Shown here piece by piece: positions 30,391-41,151 of a stretch of DNA of 64,000 nucleotides; the stretch's first letter is position 1, and each line of letters begins with the position of its first letter. The translations under genes were made by a program, and so were the position numbers. The stretch comes from a virus (Duplodnaviria > Caudoviricetes): positions 1-64,000 of IMG/VR virus record IMGVR_UViG_3300042891_001512; one strand, written 5' to 3'. A model generated the notes under the pieces. That model did no database searches, had not been told where the DNA came from, and saw only the letters and a program-made list of their open reading frames with translations.

Positions 30391-31163
30391 AATTAATAAT
30401 TGGCTGTCCAATTTATAAAAGAGATTGGATTCTTCCGGAATGGATTAGGTGTATTATTAATCAATCCATTGACATGAACGATGTTGGTTTGATTTTTGAA
30501 ACATCACCTGATGATTTTGAAACTACTAACTCTTTATTAACTTGGAAAAGATTAGACAAAAGATTCCAAACTTTTGAGATTAATGAGAGAAAAGATATAC
30601 CTCATTTTGAACATGAGAATAACGGAAGACAATGGACTATGTCCAAATATCATAATATGGTGTCTTTAAGGAATTCAATACTTCAAAGAGTAAGAGAGTA
30701 TCAGCCAGATTTTTATTTGAGTTTAGATTCTGACATCTTGCTGCAAAATCCAAATACAATAGAATTATTGATAGCACACATTAAAGACGGGGCAGATGCA
30801 GTGTCACCTTTGATGTTTATGACTCCAGTGGACACAAGATTCCCCAGCGTAATGAGCTGGAAGGATGAGGAACATAATATAGCTTATAGAAAAGAAAAGT
30901 ATCCTTTAGGGGAATATTTCCAATCAGATATTATTATGGCCGCAAAAATGATGTCTAAAGATGTTTACAATAATGTAGATTATCAATTCCATAAACAGGG
31001 TGAAGATCTTGGTTGGGCAAAAAACGCCACAGAAAAAGGCTATAAACTATATAGCGCATCCTACATCTATGCTCCACATCTAATGTCTAGAGATATGTAC
31101 CAGCATTATCTAGTAAACGGAGACAATAGGGGTAATATTAAAACTAGTCAAGTTTTGGTGTAA
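30387..31163 (+). CDS. glycosyltransferase (GT-A fold, GT2-like)
   Basis: IIGCPIYKR, LRN, SLDSD (DxD), QGEDLGW. Confidence 0.8.
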   Translation: MKLIIGCPIYKRDWILPEWIRCIINQSIDMNDVGLIFETSPDDFETTNSLLTWKRLDKRFQTFEINERKDIPHFEHENNGRQWTMSKYHNMVSLRNSILQRVREYQPDFYLSLDSDILLQNPNTIELLIAHIKDGADAVSPLMFMTPVDTRFPSVMSWKDEEHNIAYRKEKYPLGEYFQSDIIMAAKMMSKDVYNNVDYQFHKQGEDLGWAKNATEKGYKLYSASYIYAPHLMSRDMYQHYLVNGDNRGNIKTSQVLV

Positions 31164-31166
31164 CAC

Positions 31167-31751
31167 GTGCTTAAGGAAATAGGTCCTGTTGGTTCAGGAA
31201 TATATTTCGGTCAATTATTTAGTAAAAGACTTGCTTCTGCTTTTATGGAACAGTTAGATAAACTTGAATCAAATATTCCATCAGAAACAGATAAAAACAA
31301 ATTCAAAACTTATTCGGTAAATGAATCAGCTACTGTTAGCGGATTTTTATTAACGTCTGTCCTTGGGTCTATATATTCCCGACTGACAAATCAGTACTCA
31401 TTAATGACAGGAATAAAACTTGTTATCCCATCATTCCCAAATCCAGGTTTCGTAATCAAAACCCAAATGACTGGACAAATACACGGTGTGCATAGTGACG
31501 GCAATAACTTAGATTATGAGGGGAGTAGAGTTTTGCATACTTCAGCTATATGCATGAATGATAACTATGAGGGCGGTCATACGCAATTTTATCTTAGTGG
31601 AACAATGGAAAAACCAAATATCGATATAGATATAAAACTAAAAGCGGGACAAGCACTAATATTTAATTCAAACTTAAATTATCATGGCATTACAGAAGTT
31701 ACTTCTGGGTCTAGGATTACTTTACTCCAACTTTGGAGAGAGTGGTTATGA
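31167..31751 (+). CDS. 2OG-Fe(II) oxygenase (prolyl-4-hydroxylase-like)
   Basis: HSD...NDNYEGG...HGITEVTSGSR. Confidence 0.85.
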   Translation: MLKEIGPVGSGIYFGQLFSKRLASAFMEQLDKLESNIPSETDKNKFKTYSVNESATVSGFLLTSVLGSIYSRLTNQYSLMTGIKLVIPSFPNPGFVIKTQMTGQIHGVHSDGNNLDYEGSRVLHTSAICMNDNYEGGHTQFYLSGTMEKPNIDIDIKLKAGQALIFNSNLNYHGITEVTSGSRITLLQLWREWL

Positions 31752-31917
31752 ATAAAAATAAAGGTAACAGGTTTTAACAATTATTTGACAAAATCCAATA
31801 ATAGGAGTAGTATTAAAACTAGTCAAGTTTGATAAACTATGATATATTCATATAAGATTGTTTAATCTTATAAAAACAAATTTACTATATAGCTGATCAG
31901 TAATAAAGGAACAAATA

Positions 31918-33598
31918 ATGGCTTTTGACTTTGTAGAAAATTTCACTATAGAAATGCCCAAGTTCTCTGATTCCAACTATAATTTTATGGAATCATTTGA
32001 TAATAAGCAAGGGCTTATAATCGAAGTTGCCGCTATACATGAGCGGATTAACAGCTAACTACAATAACTATTCAGCAATAGAATTAGAAAAGGCTCTCCA
32101 GTCTTGGGTCGAGCCATACCCTAAGCCTATCATCCTTAACCATGATCTTAATTCTGAGCCAATTGGTCGTGTTATGGCCGCAAGAATGGACAAAGAAGAA
32201 GATGGTTCGTCTTTTGTCCGTTTGCAGATTGCCGTGACCGACCCTGTTGCTGCACAAAAAATAGCCGATAAAAGATATATGACCGGTTCCGTGGGTGGAA
32301 GAGCGGGCAAAGCTGTTTGTTCGATATCTGGCGATGATCTAGCATCAGAAGACGCAAGCGGCAAACCAAACGTTGCTAAATTTAAAAGAGGCAAAATCTA
32401 CAAGGGCAAAATGGCTTTTGTTGATATGCAAGACATTTCCTTTAAAGAATACTCATTTGTTAACCAACCAGCAGATCAAAGATCTGGGGTAAGAGGTTCT
32501 AAGTCTGTAGAGGGCAAAGCACCAGTTGCCGACTCAGAGAACTGGGTTGCTAGAAGCTCAGCTTTTGTCCTGCACATGGACAATGATGATATTGTTTCAA
32601 TAAATGAAAATGAATCAATGTTTAAAAATATGAAGAAAAAAGAATCAAGACCAGTTTACCTGCATCTTAAAGGAGCATTCCTTAGTGCGATGGCTGTCCA
32701 AGAGAGTGAAAATGTAATTAACGAAGAGTCTTCATTACTATCTAATGAAGACTCTATTGAGAAAAAATATGAGGAGAATCTTAAAATGGATGATACTGCA
32801 GTGAATGAAGACATCCTCGCCGTCGCTCAAGAACTTAGCGAAGACCTTTCAACATTGGCGAGCGCTTCTAAGGAAGAGGAATCAGCAGAACAAGTAGCTG
32901 ACGAAGCAAACGAATCAGCAAAAGCTGAAGTAGAAGAAGTAAAACCTCTTGAAGAACAAGAAGAACTAGTCGCAGTTGAGTCAGATGACGAATTAGCAAA
33001 AGCTAAAGCCCGCATAGTTGAACTTGAAGCACAGATCGCTTCTGCAGCACCAGCCGCAGAACAAGATTCTACAGAAGTTGCAGATGCAACAGAAGAACAG
33101 AGTGAAGAAGCAGTTGTTGATTCTGTTAAAGCTGAAATTTCTGAAGAAAATAAAGATACTGAAGGAACAGAAGCAGAGCTCACTGGTGAAAAAGTTGCCC
33201 CTGAGCAAAATGCTGATGATTCAGTCAATAAACTTCAGGCTCTTGAAGAAGAAAACCAGAAGCTTAGAAGTGCATTACATAGAACTCTTGCAGAAAGAGT
33301 TGTTGATGCAAAGATTACAATTGGTATTGAATCATACGAAGCTAGAGAAGCATTAGTAGCTGACCACGTTAAGCGTACAGCTTCTTCTTTAGCTGATTCT
33401 TTAAGAGATCTTGCAGGTATGCCAGCAGCCAAAAAAGCAAAAGCAAACTTGCCAGAAATTAATTCTGAAATCGAAGCTAGCGAGAATGAGACAGGTGTCA
33501 TAACTCTCGATAGAAAAGACGAAGAAAAAGAAACAGTAGAGTCAACACCACTTGAGGACATCTTTGTAGATGCTCTTATGGGCCGTCGTAAACTTTAA
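31918..33598 (+). CDS. prohead protease-scaffold fusion (~559 aa); needs +1 frameshift at C32044
   Basis: AAAGGA RBS before ATG 31918; joined reading IEVAAIHE-GLTANYNNY...PIILNHD...PIGRV...TGSVG...EYSFVNQPAD, then an acidic scaffold region. Confidence 0.85.
32786..33598 (+). CDS. nested scaffolding protein (internal start)
   Basis: GAGGAG RBS before in-frame ATG 32786, with ATTACTAT motif at 32734. Confidence 0.55.
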   Translation: MDDTAVNEDILAVAQELSEDLSTLASASKEEESAEQVADEANESAKAEVEEVKPLEEQEELVAVESDDELAKAKARIVELEAQIASAAPAAEQDSTEVADATEEQSEEAVVDSVKAEISEENKDTEGTEAELTGEKVAPEQNADDSVNKLQALEEENQKLRSALHRTLAERVVDAKITIGIESYEAREALVADHVKRTASSLADSLRDLAGMPAAKKAKANLPEINSEIEASENETGVITLDRKDEEKETVESTPLEDIFVDALMGRRKL

Positions 33599-33628
33599 AA
33601 AAAATAATATCTTAAGGAGATAACTTAA

Positions 33629-34405
33629 ATGAGTTTAGCAAAATTTCGTAAAGTTGGCACCAAAACCGGTGCTGGTCGCTTTGTAGTTTCGCAGGGTATC
33701 GCACCTGCAGCCTACTTGCTCACACACCCAGGTCTTCCAACCTGGTACACAGATTCAGAAGATGATCGTTTTGAAGTAGTAATAACCAAGGGAACAATCC
33801 TTTCGGTAATTGCTGATAGCAATGGCGACGCACGCGTTGTCCCTGCAAACGGTACAGCATCAGACAAGGATTATGGAGACAATATGCCTTCAACCTGGGA
33901 TCCAATGAATGGCGCAACGCCAAACTATTCAGGATCGGGCGCAACTGACACAGTAACTGTGCCTGCTCGCTCCATCCCAATCGGTGTTGCGCAGTATGAC
34001 CTTTATCGTCCATTTGATAAGGGCACATCACAAGGTGCAGGTTTCATTACCCATGGTTACGTAGAGTACCCAATGGTTAGTGGATTGAACGCTGACGTAA
34101 CTGTTGGTTCGCTCGTAAGATCGGATAGCATGGGACGTCCAGTTAAGGCAGCGGCAGCGAATTTCTTAAATTCGACTGACGTTTATTCTTACCTCCAGGT
34201 TGGTAAGGTTATTGAGGTAGAAAAGTTTGCAACCAACTTTGATGATGGTCTGCTTTCCTACATGCAATTGCCGTCAGATCCAGGTGCTTTGAAGACTGTA
34301 TACGAGCTCACACGCTCGGGTTCATTCTCGGGTAAATTGGGTATACGTTCTAACTTGGACGTTACAAATGTGATTGGTGCATTCCGCGTCAATCTCACAC
34401 TTTAA
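33629..34405 (+). CDS. capsid-associated (decoration/minor capsid) protein
   Basis: Strong AAGGAG RBS, high-expression codon bias, directly upstream of MCP. Confidence 0.65.
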   Translation: MSLAKFRKVGTKTGAGRFVVSQGIAPAAYLLTHPGLPTWYTDSEDDRFEVVITKGTILSVIADSNGDARVVPANGTASDKDYGDNMPSTWDPMNGATPNYSGSGATDTVTVPARSIPIGVAQYDLYRPFDKGTSQGAGFITHGYVEYPMVSGLNADVTVGSLVRSDSMGRPVKAAAANFLNSTDVYSYLQVGKVIEVEKFATNFDDGLLSYMQLPSDPGALKTVYELTRSGSFSGKLGIRSNLDVTNVIGAFRVNLTL

Positions 34406-34434
34406 GAAACAATAGCAGGAGGAAAGATCCTAAG

Positions 34435-35499
34435 ATGAGTAAGACAATCCAAGAGCTCCTCTCGGGTCTCCCAGCATGGGAGACTGTATTAACCGAGGAT
34501 GGGCACATCGACGAAAACAATAGAGTGACCATCAAAGAGGCTTTTGCATCACCAGATGCAGCAGCACTTTTTCCTAAGGTCATCTCTCGTACACTTAGAG
34601 AAGCAGCAGAGCCACAGTTACTCGTGACTCCACTATTATCAACAGTGCGACTAGGAAAAGGACGCTCCTTGGAGTTTCCAGCCGTAAACGCAATTCAAGC
34701 AGCAGAAATTCCAGAAGGACAAGAGTACCCAGAACAGGCACTCGCATTTGCTAAGCAGATTGAAGGCAAAGTCTCGAAGAAGGGCGTTAAGCTCTCCTTC
34801 ACAGAGGAAGTCATCGCAGACTCCCTTTGGGATATTGTAGGTCTTCATGTTCGCGCAGCAGGTCGTGCAATGGCCCGTTTGAAGGAACAAATTGCCCTCA
34901 GCCGTTTCAAGGACGCAGCAACAATTGTGTTCGACAACGCTGGTGGCGGTTACGATAGCACAACCGGTAGAGGGATCGATGGCGAGTTCAACGACACTCT
35001 TCACTGGGATGATGTTATCGACATGGCTGCTGTTCTGATGGCAGAAAATCATGTCCCAACAGACTTTATCCTCCACCCATTGATGTGGTCGGTATTCTTG
35101 AAGGATGCGATTTTCCACACTGGTGGATCCGCTGCAGCTGTTAACACAAGCTGGGGCTACCGTCCAGACTCACCAAGTGGTGCACTCAATTCGACAGCCC
35201 CAATGGGTCTGAATGTAATTGTCACACCATTCGTAAGCTTCACTGCTAAGTCAGGTGCAACGCCAGCTAAGTCTGACGTGTTCTTGATTGACCGCAACGA
35301 AGTGGGTACCCTCCTTGTCAAGGATGAAATGAGCACAGATCAGTTTGATGATCCAACTCGTGACATTCGTCAGATGAAGATGAAAGAACGCTATGACATT
35401 GTAATGCTCGGTGACGGTGAAGGAATCACAGTTGCTAGAAACGTTAACCTTGCTCGTAACTACGAAGTTCAGGTTACCAACGATATTACAGTATCATAA
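34435..35499 (+). CDS. major capsid protein (HK97 fold)
   Basis: 354 aa; EIPEGQEYP, KKGVKLSFTEEVIADS, AAGRAMARLKE, ILHPLMW, KERYD; AGGAGG RBS; followed by a terminator. Confidence 0.92.
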   Translation: MSKTIQELLSGLPAWETVLTEDGHIDENNRVTIKEAFASPDAAALFPKVISRTLREAAEPQLLVTPLLSTVRLGKGRSLEFPAVNAIQAAEIPEGQEYPEQALAFAKQIEGKVSKKGVKLSFTEEVIADSLWDIVGLHVRAAGRAMARLKEQIALSRFKDAATIVFDNAGGGYDSTTGRGIDGEFNDTLHWDDVIDMAAVLMAENHVPTDFILHPLMWSVFLKDAIFHTGGSAAAVNTSWGYRPDSPSGALNSTAPMGLNVIVTPFVSFTAKSGATPAKSDVFLIDRNEVGTLLVKDEMSTDQFDDPTRDIRQMKMKERYDIVMLGDGEGITVARNVNLARNYEVQVTNDITVS

Positions 35500-35537
35500 G
35501 ACCTTAGGGTTAGTTATAGTTACGAATCCCTAGAGAA

Positions 35538-35573
35538 TGGGGGGTGTGAGAGAAATCTCCACCCCCTATTTTC
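35538..35573 (+). terminator. rho-independent terminator after MCP
   Basis: GGGGGGTG..GAGA-TCTC-CACCCCCT hairpin then ATTTTC. Confidence 0.7.
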
Positions 35574-35629
35574 ATATTTACGTTTTGTTTATTACTATTG
35601 ATACTAGTTAATAATTTTGGAGAATAATT

Positions 35630-36397
35630 GTGGCCCTATTTCTCATTGATCAAGCCAAAGTAAATGCGTACAGTGCGTCTATAAAATTTGGTAGAACAAT
35701 AAAAATATCTTCATTAAAAAATGAAAACTTTAAAGTCTATACAGATGCAGCTACTCCGGCACAGGTCACCGCTCCATTTGAAATTATTAATACAATAAAA
35801 GATTATAATCAGATTTCTAGAATTATAAGTCTTTATTGGAAAGCTAATTTAATTGATGGTCAATCTTATTTTATAAGAATTGAAAACATTGTAGACTCAG
35901 CTGGGTCTATAGTGCCATATGAAACGGTAAAGTTTACATATGTTTCTTCAGCCACCCCATCAGATAAAGAATTTGTAGATCCAGGTATTATTCCTGTTCT
36001 AATTGAAGATAAATCGATAAGAACAGAAGTAGACATTAGTTATAATATTATAGCTAAAAATCCTTTATTCTATATAGAAAATATTGACCCGATTGACGGT
36101 GATTTTTATTTATCAAATGATTACAATTATGGAAGAGTAACTGTAACATTTAATGAAAAACCAGCTTCAAACTTTTTGAATAATAAATATTTTTTATGCC
36201 AAAGAAAGAAAATCCAAAAAAGTCCTTCTAGGTGGGAAAATATTACGACGAGTGTAAGTACCCATTCGTGGAAGGCAGAAGTGTATATTGATTTCCCTTC
36301 ACTTGATGCAACTCCATCGTACTTTACTCCTGATAAAGATTATTTTGAACAAGGTTATAAATATAGAATTAAAATATCTAAAGATATTGGAATTTAA
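35630..36397 (+). CDS. virion structural protein (Ig-like)
   Basis: GGAG RBS and GTG start; beta-rich; VTVTFNEKP. Confidence 0.65.
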   Translation: MALFLIDQAKVNAYSASIKFGRTIKISSLKNENFKVYTDAATPAQVTAPFEIINTIKDYNQISRIISLYWKANLIDGQSYFIRIENIVDSAGSIVPYETVKFTYVSSATPSDKEFVDPGIIPVLIEDKSIRTEVDISYNIIAKNPLFYIENIDPIDGDFYLSNDYNYGRVTVTFNEKPASNFLNNKYFLCQRKKIQKSPSRWENITTSVSTHSWKAEVYIDFPSLDATPSYFTPDKDYFEQGYKYRIKISKDIGI

Positions 36398-36398
36398 T

Positions 36399-36812
36399 AT
36401 GGCAAATTTTATATATAAAAAAGCTAAAGAATCTTTATTAAATGGTGAATTTAATTTAAGTTCAAATAATTTAAAAGTTCTTCTTGTAGACAAATCTTTA
36501 TATGCGCCAAACGAAAATTTAGATCAACATATATCAGATATACCAGCGAGCGCTATAAAAAAAAGATCAAGCAATATGACTAATGTAGTTAACTCTTTGG
36601 GTGTATTAGATGCAGACAATGTTTCTATGGCCGATTACAACGGGCAGTCTTTTGATGCAATAGTTTTGTATCAAAGTGGAACTTCAGATTCTAATTCAAA
36701 GTTAATATTTTTTATAGATAATTCAAGTGGTTTACCATTTATCGGCTCCAATAGCAACACTCCTGTTACTATAATTTGGAGTGATTCAAATACTAAAATA
36801 CTTTCTATTTAG
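36399..36812 (+). CDS. virion structural protein
   Basis: MANFIYKKAKESLLNG...GVLDAD...GLP motif seen in actinophage minor tail/structural proteins; ATG 36399 more plausible than 36288. Confidence 0.7.
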   Translation: MANFIYKKAKESLLNGEFNLSSNNLKVLLVDKSLYAPNENLDQHISDIPASAIKKRSSNMTNVVNSLGVLDADNVSMADYNGQSFDAIVLYQSGTSDSNSKLIFFIDNSSGLPFIGSNSNTPVTIIWSDSNTKILSI

Positions 36813-36820
36813 GAGTTTTT

Positions 36821-37159
36821 ATGGCAACAAATTACCCATCATCATTAGATAATTTTGTAAACCCAACAGCTAATGATACCTTAAATTCAATTACAGTACC
36901 ACATCACCAGCAACATACAGATCTAAACGATGCAGTAGAAGGAATGCAAACTGTTTTGGGAATCAACCCAGCAGGTTCTCATCTTACTGTTAAAGATAGA
37001 ATCATTGCGGCAGAAACAAATATTTCAACTCAATCAGTTCTAAATGGAATGACAGATGTTACTATAAGCTCAGCTGCGAGTGGTCAAGTATTAAGATATA
37101 ACGGCTCTCAATGGATTAATTATGCAGAGTCAAATCTTGTTGATGGAGGGAATTTTTAA
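36821..37159 (+). CDS. short tail-fibre-related protein
   Basis: MATNYPSSLD...H...NDAV; DVTISSAASGQVLRYNG..W repeat; ends DGGNF. Confidence 0.7.
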   Translation: MATNYPSSLDNFVNPTANDTLNSITVPHHQQHTDLNDAVEGMQTVLGINPAGSHLTVKDRIIAAETNISTQSVLNGMTDVTISSAASGQVLRYNGSQWINYAESNLVDGGNF

Positions 37160-37161
37160 AA

Positions 37162-38400
37162 ATGGCTAATACGCTAAGAATTAAAAGAAGGTCTAGCGCT
37201 GGAGCAGCAGGTGCCCCAGGAAGTCTTGAGAACGCTGAATTAGCGTTTAACGAAGCCGACAATACCCTTTATTATGGAACTGGAACTGGTGGGGCTGGTG
37301 GGACTGCAACTTCTGTAATCGCTATTGCTGGTTACGGTGCGTATACTACGCTTGGAACAGATCAAACAATATCTGGTAATAAAACTTTTTCTGGAACAGT
37401 AATAGTTCCAACACCAACTGCAAACACGCATGCAGCTACTAAATTATATGTAGATCAAGCAATTGGTGTAGTTGCTACTTCATTTACTGTAGCTGCTAAT
37501 ACTGGCTCTAATTTAACAATATCTAGTGGAACTGACACATTTACAATTGTTGGTGGAACCGGGATAACCACTGCAGCTAGTGCTACAGACACCATAACTA
37601 TAACAAACCAAGGTGTTATCTCTTTGACCGGGACAGCTAATGAAGTTTCTGTTTCCGCATCGAATGGTTCGGTAACTTTAAGTCTTCCGTCAAATGTAAC
37701 TATACCAAATAATCTTACCGTAACAGGCGATTTGGTTGTTAACGGCAATACAACAACGCTCAACACAGCAACTTTAGTGGTTGAAGATAAGAATATAGTT
37801 TTATCTAACACAGCATCTCCAACAGATATAACAGCAGATGGTGCTGGTATCACTGTTCTTGGTGATACGAATAAAACATTCAACTGGGTTGACTCAACAG
37901 ATTCTTGGACATCATCAGAGCATATAGATATAGCATCAGGTAAAGTTTATAAAATTGATGGGACTTCAGTATTAAGTAATACTACTCTTGGTTCTGGTGT
38001 TGTTAACTCAAGCTTGACATCATTAGGCACAATCACTGTAGGCACTTGGAATGGCACCACAGTAGGTGTATCCTATGGTGGTACTGGAGCAACAGATGCA
38101 GCAAATGCAAGAATTAATTTAGGTTTAGTAATTGGCACAAACGTACAAGCTTACGATCCAGAGTTGGCAGCAATTGCTAGCTTAACCTCTGAAGCCGATA
38201 AAATTCCTTATTTTACTGGAGCGAATACAGCGGCTCTTGCAACTTTTACCACATTTGGAAGAAGTCTTGTTGATGACGCAGATGCATCTACAGCTAGAAC
38301 CACATTAGGTCTTGGAACAATTGCAGTGCAAAATTCGAATAACGTTTCCATCACCGGTGGTTCTATAGACAATCTAACATTTGACGGCGGAACCTTTTAA
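37162..38400 (+). CDS. tail fibre protein
   Basis: MANTLRIKRR...LENAELAFNE N-terminal domain; T/G-rich beta repeats; ends DGGTF. Confidence 0.8.
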   Translation: MANTLRIKRRSSAGAAGAPGSLENAELAFNEADNTLYYGTGTGGAGGTATSVIAIAGYGAYTTLGTDQTISGNKTFSGTVIVPTPTANTHAATKLYVDQAIGVVATSFTVAANTGSNLTISSGTDTFTIVGGTGITTAASATDTITITNQGVISLTGTANEVSVSASNGSVTLSLPSNVTIPNNLTVTGDLVVNGNTTTLNTATLVVEDKNIVLSNTASPTDITADGAGITVLGDTNKTFNWVDSTDSWTSSEHIDIASGKVYKIDGTSVLSNTTLGSGVVNSSLTSLGTITVGTWNGTTVGVSYGGTGATDAANARINLGLVIGTNVQAYDPELAAIASLTSEADKIPYFTGANTAALATFTTFGRSLVDDADASTARTTLGLGTIAVQNSNNVSITGGSIDNLTFDGGTF

Positions 38401-38415
38401 TTAGGAAAGGTTTTC

Positions 38416-41148
38416 ATGACAATACCAAATTTAGTAAAAGGGCAAATAGCCTTAGATCCAACTAATGATTTATTGTATTATGTAAATGAATCTAACACGA
38501 TAGTTTCTACATCTTTATCTTGGGTAAAAAATAATAGCAATATATCTACAGCAGAAAATGTTGTTATAAGTGGAGACTTAACCGTATCTGGTTCAACGGT
38601 AACGGTAAATGTTGAAACTCTTCTAATAGAAGATAATATTATAGTTTTAAATACTGGGACTACCGGGTCTCCTAGTCTCAATGCAGGTGTTGAAATCGAA
38701 CGTGGCACATCAACAAACGTTCAATTGCGCTGGAACGAATCAACAGACAAATGGCAGTTCACAAACGACGGAACAACATTTTATAATATAATTGGCGAAG
38801 GAAATGATATAACTGCTAACATTGCCGGAACCTTAACTGGTAACGTAGTAGGTAACGTAGCCGGCAACGCAGACACCGCAACAAAATTAGCTACCGCTAG
38901 AACCATACAGTTAACTGGTCCAGTCACTGGTTCTGCATCTTTTGATGGTTCGTCAAACATCTCTATATCAACTTCACTCACTGCTGAATCTACAACTATA
39001 GGTAATTTATCAGATGTAACTATATCTTCTGCTGCCAATGGTGATTTTTTAAGATACAATGGTTCAGCTTGGATTAACGACGCGGTAGACCTTGGCACTG
39101 ACACTACTGGAAATTTTGTTTCGGATGTAACTAGTGGCAATGGTATTACAGTTACACATACTCCTGGTGAAGGTTCTTCAGCGGCTGTTGCGGTAGACAC
39201 CTCGGTTGTCGCTACGTTGAATGATAGTCAAATTTTAACAAATAAAACTTTAGCTACTCCAAGTTTTACTGGAGTTTCTCCAAAAATAACTTTGGGTGGG
39301 GATTTATACGGTAATGTAACTTTATCTAACCTGCAAAATGGCACACTTGACGCCTACTTACTTCCAGAAAGCGTTACTTTGGGAGTCCAAACTAGCGGAG
39401 ATTATGTAAGTCATTTGTATGCTGGTGCTGGAGTACAGATACAATTTGACAACAATAGTGCTGTTGGGTCTAATGCAACACTCTCTATAGGCCAACCAGT
39501 TGGCACAGGTGCTACCCCAAATTTTGTATCAGTAACAGCACAAAATTTTTATGGAAATGTTACAGGTGATTTAGTTGGAAATCTTACAGGAAACGTTTAT
39601 AACGCAACTGACGTAAATACAACAAACTTGTCAATAAATAGTTTTGGAATTGATCCAACTGGAGCGTTAGATGGAAAAGTATTAAAATATAGTTCTTCAT
39701 TGGGAAGATTTGTCCCAGCAGATGACAACGTTGCTACAGCAGGGTCTTTGAGTGTGAATGACTTAAGCGACGTTGACACAACAGGTAAAATAAATGGTCA
39801 TTATTTAAGGTGGAACCAAACGTCGAGCAACTGGGTGCCCGATATTGTTGACATGCCATCCAACATAGCATTGGGCACTAATACAATTGGTGCTTATGTG
39901 AAATCAGTTGAAGCCGGAAGTGGAATTACATTATCAAATAACTCAGGTGCAGCAGGTGCTACTCCAACATTTTCTGTTAACACCTCGGTTGTTGCAACAT
40001 TGAATGATAATCAAACTCTAACACAAAAAACGCTTACAAGTCCAACTATTACTGGCATCTCTCCTGTGATTACTTTAGCTGGAGATTTAACTGGTTCAGC
40101 AGCTTTAACAAACCTTGGTGATGCAACGCTAACCGCCGCAATAGCAGCCAACTCTGTTGCACTAGGAACTGATACAACTGGCGACTATGTATCCTCACTT
40201 GTTGCAGGAACCGGAATTACACTTGCGAATAATTCTGGAGAAAATTCAACGCCAACGATCTCTATAGGTCAAGCAGTCAATACAAACTCTAATGTTACTT
40301 TTGATACTGTCACAACTACTGGGAGTATAACAGTTGCTGGAAATATAAATGTTTCAGGTTCGCTTGTAACGACTAATCAAACAAGTTTGTCTATTGAAGA
40401 TCCAATTATTTACTTAAATAACGGAGCCACTCCTAGTGACCCAGATCTAGGTTTTGCTGGGAACTATAATGATGGCACCTATCGACATGCAGGTTTATTC
40501 AGTGACGCATCTGACGGCCACAAGTTTAAATTCTTTAAGGGTCTCACTATTGAGCCGACTCATCCAATCAACACATCACACGCATCATATGCTGATGGTG
40601 ATGTTGTTGCTAACACTTTTGAAAGCAAAGTTGCAACTGGTTCAGCACCTTTGGTGATAGCTTCAACGACATTAGTTCCAAATCTAAATGCCCAGTTTTT
40701 AAATGGTCAAGCCGGCACATATTATGCTCCAACAGCTTCTCCAACTTTTACTGGCACTGTAACTTTACCATCCAATACTGTTACAAATTCCATGATAGCT
40801 TCAAACACTATCGACTACTCTAAACTAGCTAGCGGACCAGCAACATCTAACTTTAATATTATTTTTAATGATCAAGTTGGTGCTTACACGTTAGTCACTG
40901 GAGATTTGGCAAAAATGGTAACAATTAATAGCGCTTCAACCACGGTCGTCACAGTGCCAAACATTCTTAATACTGGAGATCAAATTACTGTTTTGTCAAA
41001 AGGAACAGGAACAGTAGAACTTAGAGGGGATACTGGAGTAATCGTAAACGCTACTCCAGGTCGCTACTTGCGAGCACAGTGGTCTTCTGCTACACTAGTA
41101 AAACTAGGAAATAATAGCTGGTTGGCTATCGGAGATTTGAAAGCATAA
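38416..41148 (+). CDS. long tail fibre protein
   Basis: Repeated modules (EDNIIVLN..NAGVEIERG..WNE, DVTIS...LRYNG.AW, YV.SL.AG.GI); C-terminal LRAQWSSATLVK...W.AIGDL domain. Confidence 0.82.
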   Translation: MTIPNLVKGQIALDPTNDLLYYVNESNTIVSTSLSWVKNNSNISTAENVVISGDLTVSGSTVTVNVETLLIEDNIIVLNTGTTGSPSLNAGVEIERGTSTNVQLRWNESTDKWQFTNDGTTFYNIIGEGNDITANIAGTLTGNVVGNVAGNADTATKLATARTIQLTGPVTGSASFDGSSNISISTSLTAESTTIGNLSDVTISSAANGDFLRYNGSAWINDAVDLGTDTTGNFVSDVTSGNGITVTHTPGEGSSAAVAVDTSVVATLNDSQILTNKTLATPSFTGVSPKITLGGDLYGNVTLSNLQNGTLDAYLLPESVTLGVQTSGDYVSHLYAGAGVQIQFDNNSAVGSNATLSIGQPVGTGATPNFVSVTAQNFYGNVTGDLVGNLTGNVYNATDVNTTNLSINSFGIDPTGALDGKVLKYSSSLGRFVPADDNVATAGSLSVNDLSDVDTTGKINGHYLRWNQTSSNWVPDIVDMPSNIALGTNTIGAYVKSVEAGSGITLSNNSGAAGATPTFSVNTSVVATLNDNQTLTQKTLTSPTITGISPVITLAGDLTGSAALTNLGDATLTAAIAANSVALGTDTTGDYVSSLVAGTGITLANNSGENSTPTISIGQAVNTNSNVTFDTVTTTGSITVAGNINVSGSLVTTNQTSLSIEDPIIYLNNGATPSDPDLGFAGNYNDGTYRHAGLFSDASDGHKFKFFKGLTIEPTHPINTSHASYADGDVVANTFESKVATGSAPLVIASTTLVPNLNAQFLNGQAGTYYAPTASPTFTGTVTLPSNTVTNSMIASNTIDYSKLASGPATSNFNIIFNDQVGAYTLVTGDLAKMVTINSASTTVVTVPNILNTGDQITVLSKGTGTVELRGDTGVIVNATPGRYLRAQWSSATLVKLGNNSWLAIGDLKA

Positions 41149-41151
41149 TTT

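Noticed and set aside
36288-36399. Overlaps in the ORF track (36288, 53096, 54471, 58535, 61060, 61364, 30091) as further frameshifts
   Set aside because: Each is explained by a downstream ATG coupled to the previous stop, and none has a CGGA at the junction
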